NCBI GenBank assembly: GCA_013239625.1
Contig: MU054212.1
Coordinates: forward strand, 3,622,744 to 3,686,743
Length of the DNA: 64,000 nucleotides
Reading direction: 5' to 3'
From: Lama guanicoe
Lineage: Eukaryota
Every line of letters starts with the position of its first letter. The first letter of the stretch is position 1. Below the pieces are notes generated by a model, which worked only from the letters and a program-made list of their open reading frames with translations, was not told where the DNA came from and searched no databases. Both the position numbers and the translations under genes were made by a program. Positions 51,227 through 64,000 of this stretch are shown piece by piece.

Positions 51227-53199
51227 AGTCGGACTGGGGACCTGAAATACAAATTGAATCATTCTTACCTACTATGCAATCAAGGTAGAAAGTCTGATGA
51301 TTAATTTCTCTGTCTACTTCAAATTTCTAGCAGAAGGACTTTTACACGATAGGTGTTTAATCATGATTTATTGCGTAATGAATGGCAAGTAGCAGGAAGA
51401 TCTAAAAATGCTTTGAGCTCAAATCATGGGAAAAGTTGTTGTTACAAGTTATCGTTTCATCTCTGAGTATTGGGGAGAGAGGTGTTGGAGAGGGGTCACA
51501 ACTGCTCACAGAATTGACATCAACTCTATAGAACAGGGAACTGCACGGGGATGCTTCACGTATTTTCCAGACTCTGATGCTATTAAAGGTCTTTAGATGC
51601 TTTGTTTCATCCTTCTGTGATGGCTGTGCTGGGGTGATGACATTTCATCTTGAATGTCTAGAGGCTTGTTAGCAGAGACCCTGTCACCGCCAGGGATCAC
51701 AGCATTTTTGTGCTCAGTCCTTAGGGCACTGATCTCGGCTGTACAGCTGGACTCGGCAGCAGACGCCACATGCACTAACATGACAAGCAGCTGGATCTCC
51801 AGCCAACAGGCAGAGTTATTTTCCTGAAATGAATGGCAGTTTGCAAAGCAGAGCAGGGGGTGGCTTTTTCTTTCCTATGTCACTCAAATTAGTTCAACTT
51901 CAGCAATCACAGAGATCCAAAGAGAACAGAAGAGGAAAAGGTAGTTTATTTTGGCAGCGTAGAGCTAAGGTGTGTTTAGAGCAGGTGGAAAGAAGCAGCC
52001 CGATCTGCCTAATCTGTTTCTGCAAAATTGACTCGAGGTGGGATTGAATATAAAGCAAATGCAGAGAGGGGGACAGGACAGGCAAAACACCTAAGTACAC
52101 AAGTCAACTCTGGGCATTCAGAGCACTTTTATACAGGCTCTCTGGGAGCAAAATTATCAATGTAGCATGGCTCTCACTTTCTTAGCCATCTACCTTTGTT
52201 GCAAGACAATCTCTCTGTCCCTGGAAGCTGTAGATCGGGAAGTGAGCAACAGAATGACCACAGGCTTTAACCCGATGTTTGCTCTGAGACTGGAAACCAT
52301 CCAGGAAACGGTGACTTCGTTTCCAGCTGAAGTCGATGTCCGCCTGCCTCTCAATTAGAGCAGTGCTGTTGGCAGTTACAGGGACATCTCCTTTATTTCC
52401 AAAGAAAGTAAAATGTCAGCTAGTCAGGAAGGAGTTATTTTTCCATTTTTTCGTTAGTCAGTGGCTTGTGGCATTTCAAGGTACCGTGGGGGAGAGAAAT
52501 GTATAGCCTGCTTTAACTTTATGTCTAAGTCAATCTTTGGGAACATCGTTTTTCAAGAAGTATTTCAACCTGCATACTCCTCACACCTAGTGAGAGCTGA
52601 ATGAGCAAACATGTTGAGAGGACTGTTTCTCAAATAAAATAAGCTACATGTTAGAGTTTATTTGTACAAAGCCATTCAAACTTGATGAACTGGGTCACAA
52701 AGACAAGCAAAGAGCACATGAAATGCTTGTTTTACAGGCACAGATACAGAGAAGTGACCTGTGGTCCCACACCTTTTGAGGTCTCTGATATTTGGAATCC
52801 CACACAATATACGGGAGCAAAATCACTGTAATTCTAACCAAGACGGGCCAGGCTCAGCGGACCACAGAATATTGGATTTGGGTAATTCTGCTTAATTATT
52901 GAAGAGTAGAAAGCAGCAGCAAATAGCAGAGAGTGGCCATTAATAAAAATTCTGACCTGGTAGCACAGGACCAGGTCGAGCCAGAGGTATGCTGTCCGAG
53001 GTTGGAGAAGAGATCTCAAGCCATAGTTACATTTGGGCTTTTAAACAGAGTCCACTTTGAGGTAAATTTATCAAAATAATAGACGGTCTCTCACTGGCAA
53101 ACCATTCATTAGTATGTTCCAAGTAGAACTGTACAGAAAAGACCACATATCATTTTAGAATGTACAGAGAATTAAACATGTTTAGGTGTGTTTGTGTGT

Positions 53200-53900
53200 T
53201 GTATAACAGAAAAAAAAAACATACACTACATCATTAAAACCAAGTTCTGGATCTCTGAAAAGACAGCAAAATTTTTAAAAGAAGATAAACTTTGGTAAGT
53301 CTGATTGAAAGAGAAAAGATACATTATCAAGAGTCTTACAAGTAAGTCTTTAAGTGTATACATAAAGAGGATTTAAAATATTAAAGTATGTAAAATAGTA
53401 TTTACCAATACATTTGAAAAACTAGAAAAAGTGCCTTCCTAAGAAAGTGTCTATTACTAAAACTGACTCAAGAAAAGGGCATAAGCCTAAAAAAGATCTT
53501 TCAAAAATGATAGTCAAAGGCTGACAAGATGCACTTCTAAGAAAGAATGAGTCTAAATGATTTTGTGGGTAAGCACTTCGCAATCACTAAGGAAAAGACA
53601 GTTTCCGATATGGAGAACAGAAAAAGAGGGAAAGTTTCTTAACTCACTTTAAAACCTAGCATTATCTAGATCCAGAAACAACAAGTGACAAGCACAAGAA
53701 AAAAGTATATAAACACGAGTGCAACACACACACACACACACAAACTCATAAACATTATTTCCAAGTAGAACACGGGGATATATTCAAGAATAAAATAAGA
53801 AAGAAAATATTTTTCAATATTGAGGAATATAAAGTAATAAATGTACAAAATAATCAATAACAGTCACACAGAAAAGGATTTGATAAAGTTTATCATGTTT
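53200..53900 (+). mobile_element. Old L1 ORF2 fragments with an internal (CA)n at about 53724-53742
   Basis: aaactgactcaagaa, cagaaaaagagggaaagtttcttaactca, cagaaaaggatttgataaagtt (cf. AEKAFDKI). Confidence 0.7.
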
Positions 53901-53904
53901 TTTA

Positions 53905-54105
53905 AAGTTCCTAAACTTTATTCATGTCTATTATCTAATTTGGTTTTCATAATAACCCCCCTCCTTTTTTTTTTTTTTCAAGAGGAAGAAATAGGCTCAG
54001 AGAAGCAAAACTTTTTCCAGCAGTTCGACAGCTTGGATTCAGGTCTGGCTGCAATTGACCCCAAGTCTGCCTGAGTCCAAGGAGGTATCTGTTCTATCTG
54101 TACCA
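53905..54105 (-). mobile_element. MIR SINE
   Basis: gaggaagaaataggctcagagaagc...tgaccccaagtctgcctgagtccaag. Confidence 0.65.
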
Positions 54106-54334
54106 AGACTCCTTAGAATTCAGAATTCCTCAGAGAATGACGTTAGAGGGCTGAATAATAATCAACTTATTTTTACGTCTCCCTGGTCATGCATTTGATT
54201 TGCTTTCTATGTTTCTAGTTTTCTTCTCACTTTATTTGATTTCGGGAATGCAACAGAATAAGAGTTAGAGAATTATCTACCTAGGTGTAGAGAAAAGACA
54301 GAAATTTGGTGGTGCAGGTAATCCTTGGAACGGT

Positions 54335-54460
54335 CCATTTATTACACAAGTATTTACTGAGCATTTACAATGTGTGTTCACAGAACTCTGAGGCTGTATT
54401 ATGACTAAAACATGACCTCTGCCCTCAAGAAGCTTACTGAGAAGCTTGCAGATTGCATTG
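54335..54460 (-). mobile_element. L2 3' end
   Basis: caagtatttactgagcatttacaatgtgt...catgacctctgccctcaagaagcttact. Confidence 0.75.
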
Positions 54461-54586
54461 TGTTTGAGCAGTAAAACCATCAAGAGGTCGAGGTTAAAGC
54501 ATGCACCTATAGTAACCCTTTTGTGCCCAAAACACAGCAGATATATTTGTTAATATCTGTTAAACTGATTCATGAATTAATGTAAT

Positions 54587-54918
54587 TGTGCTAAAGTGTG
54601 ATCCAGGGTCCCCTGAGGGGGATTCAGTAGGGTAAAACTATTTAAATAATACTAAAACATTATTCCACCTTGTGTTACACTTACTGTCTTACGAGTGTCC
54701 ATCAAAGTTCTCCGGGAACTGAGATGTGATGTCATCATTCTGATGGCTAACAAAATGTGTACTTGTGCATTCCTCATTTAAGAAATGACTCAGTTTTAAT
54801 TTCTAACACTGTAAATGTTGATACATATAACTCACAAGAACAAAATCTTTTTAGGGTCAGGAAAATTTTTGAGAATGCAAAGAAAGGCTCTTGAGATCAA
54901 AAGGTGTTGGGGTTGCTG
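54587..54918. mobile_element. hAT-Charlie non-autonomous element (MER119/Charlie7-like)
   Basis: aaagtgtgatccaggg...aaaactatttaaataatactaaaacattatt...tgagatcaaaaggtgttggggttgctg. Confidence 0.65.
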
Positions 54919-55012
54919 AATTAATAATTTAAGTACCTTTCAAATTCAAAAAATGTGTTTGTCATGCTGGAGGAAGGGGGAAGAAGCGGTAGAGCAATTA
55001 AATATTTGCATT

Positions 55013-55219
55013 GTTTTTTATTGAAGTATAATTTTTAATACCATTATTCTCAGATGTAAAACATAATGATTCAATATATGTGTATATTGCAAAATGACCA
55101 CAATAAGTCTAGGATTGTTCCACACAATCCATCCATCACCACACATGGTTACATCTTCTTCCTTGTGATGAGTAATTTTAAAATCTACTCTCTTCGCAAT
55201 TTTCAAATACATATACAAT
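55013..55219 (-). mobile_element. L1MA9-like 3' end
   Basis: ttttattgaagtataat...cataatgattcaatatatgtgtatattgcaaaatgaccacaataagtctag...ttaaaatctactctctt. Confidence 0.85.
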
Positions 55220-56499
55220 TAGAAAGTAAGTATTTTAATCAGTTAAAGTCTCTCATACTCTCGTCTCAAATGTTAAACCAACTATGTTAAACTCACTTCC
55301 CACTTCTCTACTATTATTTTATCATTATTTTATTTAAAGCATTTTGCACAGGTGGTTCTACATCTGACAGGATCAACGTGGGATTAGTCCTATGTGATAA
55401 ACTGTGATACCAATAAACATGAGTTGCTCTTGCACTTTTGTCCTCTACCCTAGAATTTTGGGGGGGGGGGCTGGTTAATAAAGTTATATCTAAGCAGAGT
55501 GAAGAAACACTTTGGGTACCAAATAGCTCTCACCTGACAATATTCTGACAAGCTGAAATTAAATGCCCCTCAGTCAGCCAGTACTTCTCAGGGCCTATGT
55601 AAAAGATTTCCAGATTCTTCCTTGGTTATTTGCAGGTGAAAAACAAAATACTACATTTTTTTTTGTGAACATACCGTATGAGAGTCTTTGCTGTCCACTA
55701 GTGGGGAAGACAGACTGTGTAGACAGCAATAGGTTCATCGTCTAGGAAGGATTCTGCCTTCCTTTATCTAAACTTGCTTTCTCCCGAATGTGCATCCCAT
55801 TGAAATCCTTTTTATGTTCAGGAGGAAGACAAAAACACCTGGTGATCTCCAGATTTGCATCTGATTATGTGTATCTCCAAAACGAGTTTTGTCTCACTGA
55901 AGATGTTTTAAAAATTATAGAGAAGAATTGTACATCTTTTGCTCAGTTCTCAAAGTTTGGTTCTATTTTGGGAAGACTGAATATTTGAAACGTTACACAT
56001 TATGAATTACATGGGGTACTTACATGGGGTATGATGCATTTTAATGTGAGTACAAATACTAAAATTAACCAGATAAATCAATGGTGATTTTTGCTGCCAT
56101 TCAGTCAACTTGAATTGTAAAGTTCATCAATTTTATGATAAAGAGATTGATGATAAAGCATTTTCTGAAATTCTATATGAACAGAAAGGACAGTGTATTA
56201 GTAACATCTCAAAGGGAAATACATAAAGAGGCTACACACTTTAAAAATATTCTTTCAGTCAAAACTGAAGTAACCCTTGCTCAGGAGATTAAGATCAGGC
56301 AAGCAAAGAAAACCACACAAATGAAAACAGGCTGAAGGTCACCTTATGAATTCTGGAAGTCCGTTTTGCCCCAAGAGTTACCTGTAAATTCAGGGCTTGT
56401 TAAGGACAGGTCTAATATAAATGCCAGGATTTCACATTAAGGAATCCGTTGGGCCCCACTTTGGGGTGAACTTGAATTTGCCAATTATCACTACCGAGA

Positions 56500-56800
56500 A
56501 TGTTTGCAAAAATATGTTCATTGGAAAATTGAACCCCTGAGAATCACCATGAAGAAAAGTAAGTGTTTCATGTTCAGATGAGTTTAGGAACAACTGAATA
56601 CTGAGAAATATGCCTCCCAGAGCTTTGAATGCATGTTAGTCCATCCGGAACTTGGAAACTCCTTCCAAGGAAGCATTCTGTTTGATTTTATGTCACCCGG
56701 CATGTCCCCAAGTTTATACTAAAACAGAGCCCTCTTTAATGTAATTTCTATGCAAAGTTCCTGCAGTTCATGTGCTGCAGAACACATTTCCAGAAATATT
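56500..56800. mobile_element. Decayed hAT-Charlie MITE (MER102-like)
   Basis: tcagatgagtttaggaacaactg...gcagaacacatttccagaaatattg. Confidence 0.4.
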
Positions 56801-57345
56801 GACCCGGGATAAGAATCTGCCTCTTGGGACCACTCTCAGCTGGGGGGATGCAGGTTCCATCCAGGTAAGACTCTGAGAGTGATGTTCATGCATCGTGTTC
56901 CTCCTGCCTCTGCCTGCCGTGCTGAGGCCCCACAGCAAGTGTCCCTAGAGCTACCCTGATCTCAACAACATCCCTATGGTTGTTTCTGCCTGGATTTCTT
57001 GTACAACTGTAACACTTCCTACTAAAATGCTCCGTGCAGTGATTCACTACCTAGATGAAACAGATAAGAAATCATATCATGTGAAACCTGGGAAGAACCT
57101 AACTCCTAAACTAGGAAAGTTAGACCCAGTACTGCTGTCACTTGCCCAGAGCCACAGAGCCAAGTCAACCTTTTACGGAACAGGAGAATCAGAAAGCTCC
57201 AGCTGGCAATGTGCTGCATTTGGATCAGATTATGGTACCCTTAAAGTAGAAAGTCAATTCCAACCCTGAGTAGTTTTAGTTCCAAAGTGAGTGAGGACAG
57301 AAAACAATGTCAACAGTGGTAGAAAACAAAGATGATGTGTAATAG

Positions 57346-57582
57346 TTACCAGGGGGGTAGAGGGTGGGAAGGGATAGACTGGGATTTCAAAATTGTAGAA
57401 TAGATAAACAAGATTACACTGTATAGCATAGGGAAATATACACAAAATGTTATGATAACTCACAGAGAAAAAAATGTGACAATGAGATGTATGTCCATGA
57501 ATGACTGAAAAATTGTGCTGAACACTGGAATTTGACACAACATTGTAAAATGATTATAAATCAATAAAAAATGTTAAAAAAA
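57346..57582 (+). mobile_element. Young L1 3' UTR insertion, same family as 25705-26356
   Basis: Near-identical reverse complement of 25705-25945; polyA; perfect 18-bp TSD aaagatgatgtgtaatag at 57328-57345 and 57583-57600. Confidence 0.97.
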
Positions 57583-58319
57583 AAAGATGATGTGTAATAG
57601 AAAGTCCATAACCAGGGCTGCCCTGCTGGGATCACGTTGCTGATGGTAGCAGCAAAGTGTATCACTGACGTCTTCAGGCCAACACTGTAGCATCCTCAGA
57701 GTTCACACCGCCATCGGTCAGATAGCCAAGTGAATTGCTTGCCATGGGCCTTGTGGTAATGCCTCAAGTTTTTTTCTGCGACTGTTAGCGAAAGAACAGC
57801 TTGTGAATGCATTCACTCATTTTCTTATGACCTCAGGGCGAAGCGTTTTCACATCTGCTGACTGTTACACATGACGGTTGCTTTTAATGGGTATTCCCTG
57901 CTTAGAACTTTATCAGTCGCTTTATGACAAAATTGTCATCACTTCCTTGTCTTGAGGTTTCTAGTTTGTTAAAGACTCATTTTAAAACACTCACCCATTT
58001 ATTTCGGGGTCATAAAAATCAAAGTTTAACTAAACTGCAATGAAGAGAGGCCTGCTCCCCACCAGGTCCCTCCTTCTTTGGATGTTTCTGTCACTTTTCC
58101 CATCACGCCGTTAAGGACTGACAGTGAAGTTCCATAAACACTTCTCTCTTGTTTGGCTCCCTTTGGCCACTTACCATTCGCTCATCCCAGATGATGATCA
58201 TTATCATCATCATCATTATCAGCTTCAACAAATAAGCATCAGGCACCCACTGGGCCATGCCGCTAGAGGAACAGGGCTTCATTACAACACGGAGATCACG
58301 ATCTTTAATAGATGACGCC

Positions 58320-58525
58320 CAGGAGTGGGATTCTGAAAAACACGAGCTTTGTTTGTGGTCTTGCTCATGATGGGTTGCCTGGAATGGCTCCAAACAGGTA
58401 ATTTCTTGAGGCTCTAGTTTCCACTTCTCTAAGATGTAAATAATGCTCACACCTGCCTCTCGTCTACACGGTGATTTTTACAGGAAATCATACAATGAAG
58501 TAGAAAGCTCTTCACGAACAGTCAC
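58320..58525 (+). mobile_element. MIR SINE (decayed), preceded by a (CAT)n-like tract at 58190-58220
   Basis: cttgaggctctagtttccacttctctaagatg...cacacctgcctc. Confidence 0.55.
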
Positions 58526-59379
58526 TGTATCAGCAGAAGACACGATAGGATTATCTTTTTTGCTCTAATCCTCAACTACTGTTCACATTTTAACAGCCTT
58601 TCCTTCATTGCCATCCCAATGCCAATATTACAAATACAAATGTGGAAAAGTCCAGCCAAACAGCTGGAGCTTGGGGCTTGCATTTTGAAATATGATGCTT
58701 CAGAAAGCCTTGTTTTCCTCCTGAAATGACTGGCTGGCTGGTTGGCCAAATTAACTGAATTAACTGCTTGTTCTGGCAGCAATAAAGATAAAGCCTTAAA
58801 TAGTTGAGAACAATAAAACCATATAGAGGGGCTCATTTTTCTTTTTTCAGAATCACTGTGGTTGTTTAAATGTGTGTCTTATGAGGTGTCTAAGTAAACT
58901 GTCAATTCAATTTTTTTTAAATCAAACTGGTGAAGGTGTGGGAGTGTTGATTAAATTGTTTCCATTATAACTTGATACTTGTTTTAGTCCTTTTCAAGCA
59001 GTCTGGTTTGTCTGTCCCCTCCACATCTGGGGGATTACTTCTCTCCTTTCTACCCTGTCCTTCCTCTTTAGTCAATTTTTTCAAGGACAATATTGGTACT
59101 TCATCTCCCGGTACTTCTCAGCGCCTCCCATGACCACATTAAACCAGGGCAGGGGCAGAATGGAGAAAGGAGAGAAGGCACACCTCACACCCAAGACCCC
59201 ACACCTTCCCCAAACTTCTAAGGGTAAGTTTGGTCTCCTGTAATTCTCAAACTCCTGCTCCCTGTTTAATCCTCCACCATGATCCCGTTTTACTCAGTAT
59301 CTCACAGCCCCTGTCCTGCCTTGATGCATAAACATTTTGTGAGAGACCCTTCAGGTTGTCCTGTGACGTGTGCCTGCTG

Positions 59380-59720
59380 CACACAAAGCCTTATGGTGAA
59401 CACAACCACCAGGCTCCGTTCTACCTCCTGAGTCCAGATACACGAGGAAACACTTCCCAGCCTTTCTCTCACGTCAATTCCTGAGCACGTGGCACTCAGT
59501 GGAACCACCCCTTCCTCGAAATTCTCTCCCCATTGGTTCTCGGCACAACGCTTCCTCCTCCCTGACCAGTCCTTTTCCGTCTCCTCTCTCCTCCTCTTGC
59601 CCCTCTCCCCTCCTATGTTAGTGTCCCCACAATAGCATCCTCTTCCCAGCCTCTCACCCCGCAGGCTTGCCTGAGAGTTCTCCGTCAAGATCTCCGTGTT
59701 CTGCCCACGTCTCACTGAGC
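59380..59720 (+). mobile_element. L2 fragment
   Basis: gaaccaccccttcctcgaaattctctccccattggttctc; C/T-rich L2 body. Confidence 0.6.
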
Positions 59721-60131
59721 CTCAGATTTACACAAGCCGGTGCCCAGCTGTCAGTAATCAAGAACGATCGGCCTTCCCTACGGCTCGGAGGAGGAGAAGC
59801 AGGGTGTCTCCCCTGCTGTGGGAAGGACAGTCAGAGCGCTGAGTTACGTAAGTAAAAGGCAAGCAGCGATGCACGCCCTGGGCAACGTGTGTGACAGCAT
59901 CTCTTGGGAGGGTTTTATCTGTACGTGTGCAGTTTCAGAAACTGCCCATTTTGATACGTGGAGTGTCAAGGAGGGGTTGGTCTATTTGCAAAACAAGCAC
60001 AAGGGTTTCTAGTGGGTCGAAGTCTGAGGCCTCTCACACATACCCTGCAAGATGGAAAGTGTGCTGGAGTGACCCAGGTCAAGGATCTGTGTCAAGAAGG
60101 CAGATTCTCTTGGAAAAACATTTCTATTGGG

Positions 60132-60249
60132 TGTGTCTCGGTCAGTTCCGCTGCTGTAACAAATACCATAGACTGCGTGGCTTAAGCAACAAACTTGTAT
60201 TTTTCACAGCTCTGGAGGCTGGAAGTCCAAGACCAGGGTGTCTGCAGGA
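60132..60249 (-). mobile_element. MLT1A/B LTR fragment
   Basis: gctgctgtaacaaataccatagactgcgtggcttaagcaacaaac...tcacagctctggaggctggaagtccaagaccagggtg. Confidence 0.88.
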
Positions 60250-60299
60250 CCTCTGAGCCACTGTTTACCTGGCTCTCCAGCCTAGAACGCTCTTGGCTC

Positions 60300-60600
60300 A
60301 CTCCTCCAATGACTAATTCCTGCTCACTCACGGAAACTCAGTTCACTCCCTTCTCCCCCAGGGAAACTTTCCATCACTTCTATCCCTCTCACAACAGGCA
60401 AGGTTGCCCCTCAGATCTTCTCCCGTGGTCCCAGAGCACTTGTCTCACAATATAGTAACAGTTTTACCGTATCTCACTTGCTCTCAGTGCCCTAAGGGCA
60501 GGACCACATCTTATTCATCTCTGCATCTCTGGCACCAAGTAAGTGTCCTATACCTGTCACTTAGGTACCATTTGATGAAGGAATGAATAACAATGGATGA
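60300..60600 (+). mobile_element. L2 3' end
   Basis: agggcaggaccacatcttattcatctctgcatctctggcacc...gaatgaat. Confidence 0.75.
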
Positions 60601-62289
60601 GTGCAGAAGGGAGAAGCCTGGGGGAGGTCCCTGCCTTCCTATCCTGTTCTTGTTTGTTCATAACAACCCTCAAAAGGCCTGTACACTTGAAGAATAAGAT
60701 CTGAGCCTGTGCACAGTTCTGCCTAGAACAGCAGAGGAAAGAGACTCAGCTGGAAACAGTCGATGAAAACCACAACTCTGCTGTTCAATCCAAGCGTAGT
60801 ATGTGGACTACATTAATGAGATTTACCTAGGAGAGCCAGAAGAAATTAGATGAGGAGGTAATTTGTTAGTTCCTAAGTACTAATTCCCACTCATTAGCTA
60901 AAAATTGCAAAATTCATTAAAGCAACTTGGTTGAAGACAGAGCCACTAAAAAAGCAGAAGGTATTGATAGATTAAAAAGATGTAGGAAACCCTGAGTTTT
61001 TATTTTATCCATGTTACCTGTGGCTCAGCTCCATTGAAAGTCTTACATTTAACAGGTTAAGTAAATAAAAATTCACCAATGATAATCCTCTATGAGAACT
61101 AGTGAGATGACCATAAACTTCTTTTTATACATTAACAGTAATAGCAAATAGTTCAGAATACATCTGTTCTATCACATTCATAATTTTTAAAGAGTATGTA
61201 ACACAGCTCCTATGTTACCTCTTTTCCATTTTTCCTCATAATTTCAGCTAAATATTTAGTATATGAATTATTAAAAAGGTACTACTAGGTTTTAACATAT
61301 TGTAAAACTACTACCATTCAATGTCATTTCCCTTTGCCTGCTCCTCTTCATTCCTCCTTGCATTTTCTCAGCCTTTCTAAATTGCATAAATATACATGTT
61401 TTAATCATTTACCTTTTGTTCTGTAAGATACACTTTTATTGATTTTTTATTGAAATGGAAGTTCCATGCCAAGGTAAGGGAAATTGCCAAGGTTAGAAAC
61501 ACATTTTTCTTATATGAGTTCAGAGAATCTTCAAACTCAAGGTCACTTTTTGAGATAATCTGAATATTTCTAAAGTGTTAAGCTACAAAAGAAACTAACA
61601 GAACTGATCTATAAATCAGGATGGGATGTCTAATCTTAAGTCCATCTACAATTCATTCTGGGCTCTGGTCAGGTCTCCCTGGGCCTTACTCAGAGAATTT
61701 TTACCGAGAGATCAGTAGTGTCTTTCCCTTCATATACCACAGGGACATCTAAGCTTCAAAAATTGTCCCACATGATGGAACTGGAATAAATGTTTTAAGT
61801 TTGCAGACTGTTGTGATGAAAAGTGGAAAGCAGTTAAGTTTCATTGAAGTTAAATTTTAAATGTGTAAGGAACTATCTATGTCTCAAAAGTCAAGCTATT
61901 ATAAACCCCCAAAAGGAGCCCACTGATTTAATCACAGGCATAGTGGAAGAAAGGAACCTGCCTTTCCATGGCACACAACCATCCTTTGGGAAATGAAAGG
62001 GGACTTCAGTAACAAGAGGCAACATGACACCAAAAGCATGCATGCATGCATCCATCCATTCTATAAACATTAAATGAACACCTCCTAAATGGGCCAGGTT
62101 GTTTATGAAGCACTTGAAAAAAAAAACTACCAAGACACCGTTCTTGACCCAGAGAACACGACGCTCCTTGAGGAGGAGTGAGGAGGGTCAAGTGAGTGTA
62201 AGGGTAGTCAAACAATTAGAACAGAGTCAAAAAAATACTGAAAATGTCTGCATCTGGCATGTTAACATTTCCAAAAGACAACCGAACCC

Positions 62290-62487
62290 TTCCTCTGTGC
62301 CAGGTTCCATTCTAAGTGGTTTGCAGGCTTTGACTCATTTAGTCCTCAGTTTTCCAAGAGGGAGGTCACTATTACGATCTCAATTTATAGATGTGGAAAT
62401 TGAACCTCAGAGGGGCTAAGAAATTTGAGCAAGGTCACCAAGCTTGTGAATGGGGGAGCCAGTGTTTGAACCAAGGCAGTCTGCCTT
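62290..62487 (-). mobile_element. MIR SINE
   Basis: ctcatttagtcctca...tttatagatgtggaaattgaacctcagagggg...aaggtcac...tttgaaccaaggcagtctg. Confidence 0.85.
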
Positions 62488-62514
62488 AACGTTGTGCTAA
62501 TAATGGCATATGAC

Positions 62515-63110
62515 ACTGCTTCCCAACATACATAACTGACAAGGGATTCATACAGAGAATATATAAGGAATCTGCACAGTCTGCAAGAAGCCAACATCCC
62601 CAGTGGAAAAACAGGCAAATTGTAGGACCAGAAATTTTTTTTATCAGTTTGACCTGGACTAGCAAAAGAGCATTCCAAAAGATACTCAATCTGGCAGTGC
62701 TGAATGAAACTGAGACCACATACATTCTCCGACTAGATCATCCTATTTCTGTGTATACATCTCAGAGAAGCCTTCACATAGGTAAGGAATATATTTAAGG
62801 TTGTTCATCATAACTCTGTTGGGAAAAGTAAAAAGCGAGTTCAACCTAAATGGGGAACATTAAAAAGAAGCTACATGCCTAGAATGATATATGGAACTTG
62901 GAAAGAAATGAGGTCCACTTATACATGCATGATAAATCTCAGAAACATGGTAAGTTAAAAAGGTAAACAAAACAAAGATATTAACAAAATGTATGTAAAA
63001 CTACACAAAACAATTATACACGTAGTCCACAAATAGCCCTATGTAAATAAAGGTGTGGTGGTGAGTTGAGGAACACATGAAATGCACAAGTTTAAATACT
63101 TATAAAAATC
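62515..63110 (+). mobile_element. Old L1ME-like fragments
   Basis: actgacaagggattcatacagagaatatataaggaatctgcaca; tcctatttctgtgtatacatctcagagaa. Confidence 0.65.
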
Positions 63111-63142
63111 CTGAGGGATAAGCGTTCCTTAACTATGATAAA

Positions 63143-63378
63143 ATAATAATAGTAACTATTATTTATCAGTGCTTATTACTTCCCTGGTATTATTTCCAAG
63201 AATTTTAACAGTATTACCTCACAAAAACGAGTTAGCATTATTGTTACCTTAATTTTACAAATGAGAAAAACTGAGCCATAGAGGGTTAAGTATGTTTGTC
63301 CTGATAATAGAAACTTTAGATGTTGAATATGAGATTTGAACCCAGTCATCTGATTCCATACTCAATGCTCTCATTATA
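63143..63378 (-). mobile_element. MIR SINE
   Basis: attttacaaatgagaaaaactgagccatagagggttaag...gagatttgaacccag. Confidence 0.85.
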
Positions 63379-63787
63379 TTGTTAATAATTATATTACACC
63401 CCCAGACTAGTGACATGTTAGAAGTCAAAGTAAATGCTCAAAAGTGAAAATAAGATATATCAGAATCTATAAAATGTTTTGGAGTGGGGAGGACATGTCG
63501 GAGACTCTAGAATAAATTGTACAGCCACAGACATTTGAAAGATCATTGTGACAAAGATGGTAAACAGCTATCCTGATTCCACTGACCTCTTCTCGAGGAT
63601 AAACTGAATTCAACTGTGAAATGAGGGATTTGGGTAAAATATAAATGTACCAATTACTCCCATCCATTCACCTTACAGAATTAGTATCAGTACCAGAATA
63701 TCAGGACTCATGACTACATATACAAGGGGATGCATTCCTTTTTTTTTTCCCCTGTGGGTGAGCTTTATTATTTTTTTATATATAAAC

Positions 63788-63831
63788 TTTTTTTTATTGA
63801 GTTATAGTCATTTTACAATGTTGTGTCAAAT
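63788..63831 (-). mobile_element. Extremely truncated young L1 3' terminus
   Basis: ttttattgagttatagtcattttacaatgttgtgtcaaat matches the last about 40 nt of the L1 copies at 25.7 kb and 57.5 kb. Confidence 0.85.
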
Positions 63832-64000
63832 ACAAAGAGATCCATTCTAAATCTTATAATTGACACTTTTAATTTGCCAACTCAAACACTAAGCACATTG
63901 GTCATCAGACCATCTGGGGGACCTTCTTGAGGTTGGAAGATTTCCAATGACATATGGAGTCGTTCATCCTTTTGGTAAGATTTTAAATTTGTTTTAAAAT

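Noticed and set aside
55459..55470. PolyG run
   Set aside because: Single homopolymer without further G-tracts or context suggesting function
62036..62051. (GCAT)4 palindromic tract containing tandem RBFOX TGCATG motifs
   Set aside because: Continuous with a (CCAT/CATT)n L2 tail, so best explained as a mutated microsatellite; no nearby exon identified

Overview
Non-coding mammalian genomic DNA, either a large intron or an intergenic region. It is very probably camelid (alpaca, llama or camel), judged from a Vic-1-type tRNA-derived SINE at 46609-46786 and young L1 3' ends of one shared family. I could not identify any protein-coding gene or RNA gene. The only ORF in the track with a recognisable product (25975-26409, minus) is the C-terminus of L1 ORF2; the rest look like chance or repeat-derived frames. 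A large part of the window is transposon-derived: young and old L1, L2, MIR, MaLR (MLT1), ERVL/ERV1 solo LTRs, hAT MITEs (MER5, MER53, Charlie-like), a MARNA mariner, and probable RTE and CR1 relics. Repeat family names come from my recall of consensus sequences, not from a search, and most boundaries are approximate. I found no evidence of a novel biological system. The most unusual items are small and mechanistic: an LTR fragment that seems to have been retro-copied by L1 machinery, a probable L1 3' transduction, a near-perfect 98-bp tandem duplication, an ancient RTE-clade LINE relic, and a few enhancer-like motif clusters.
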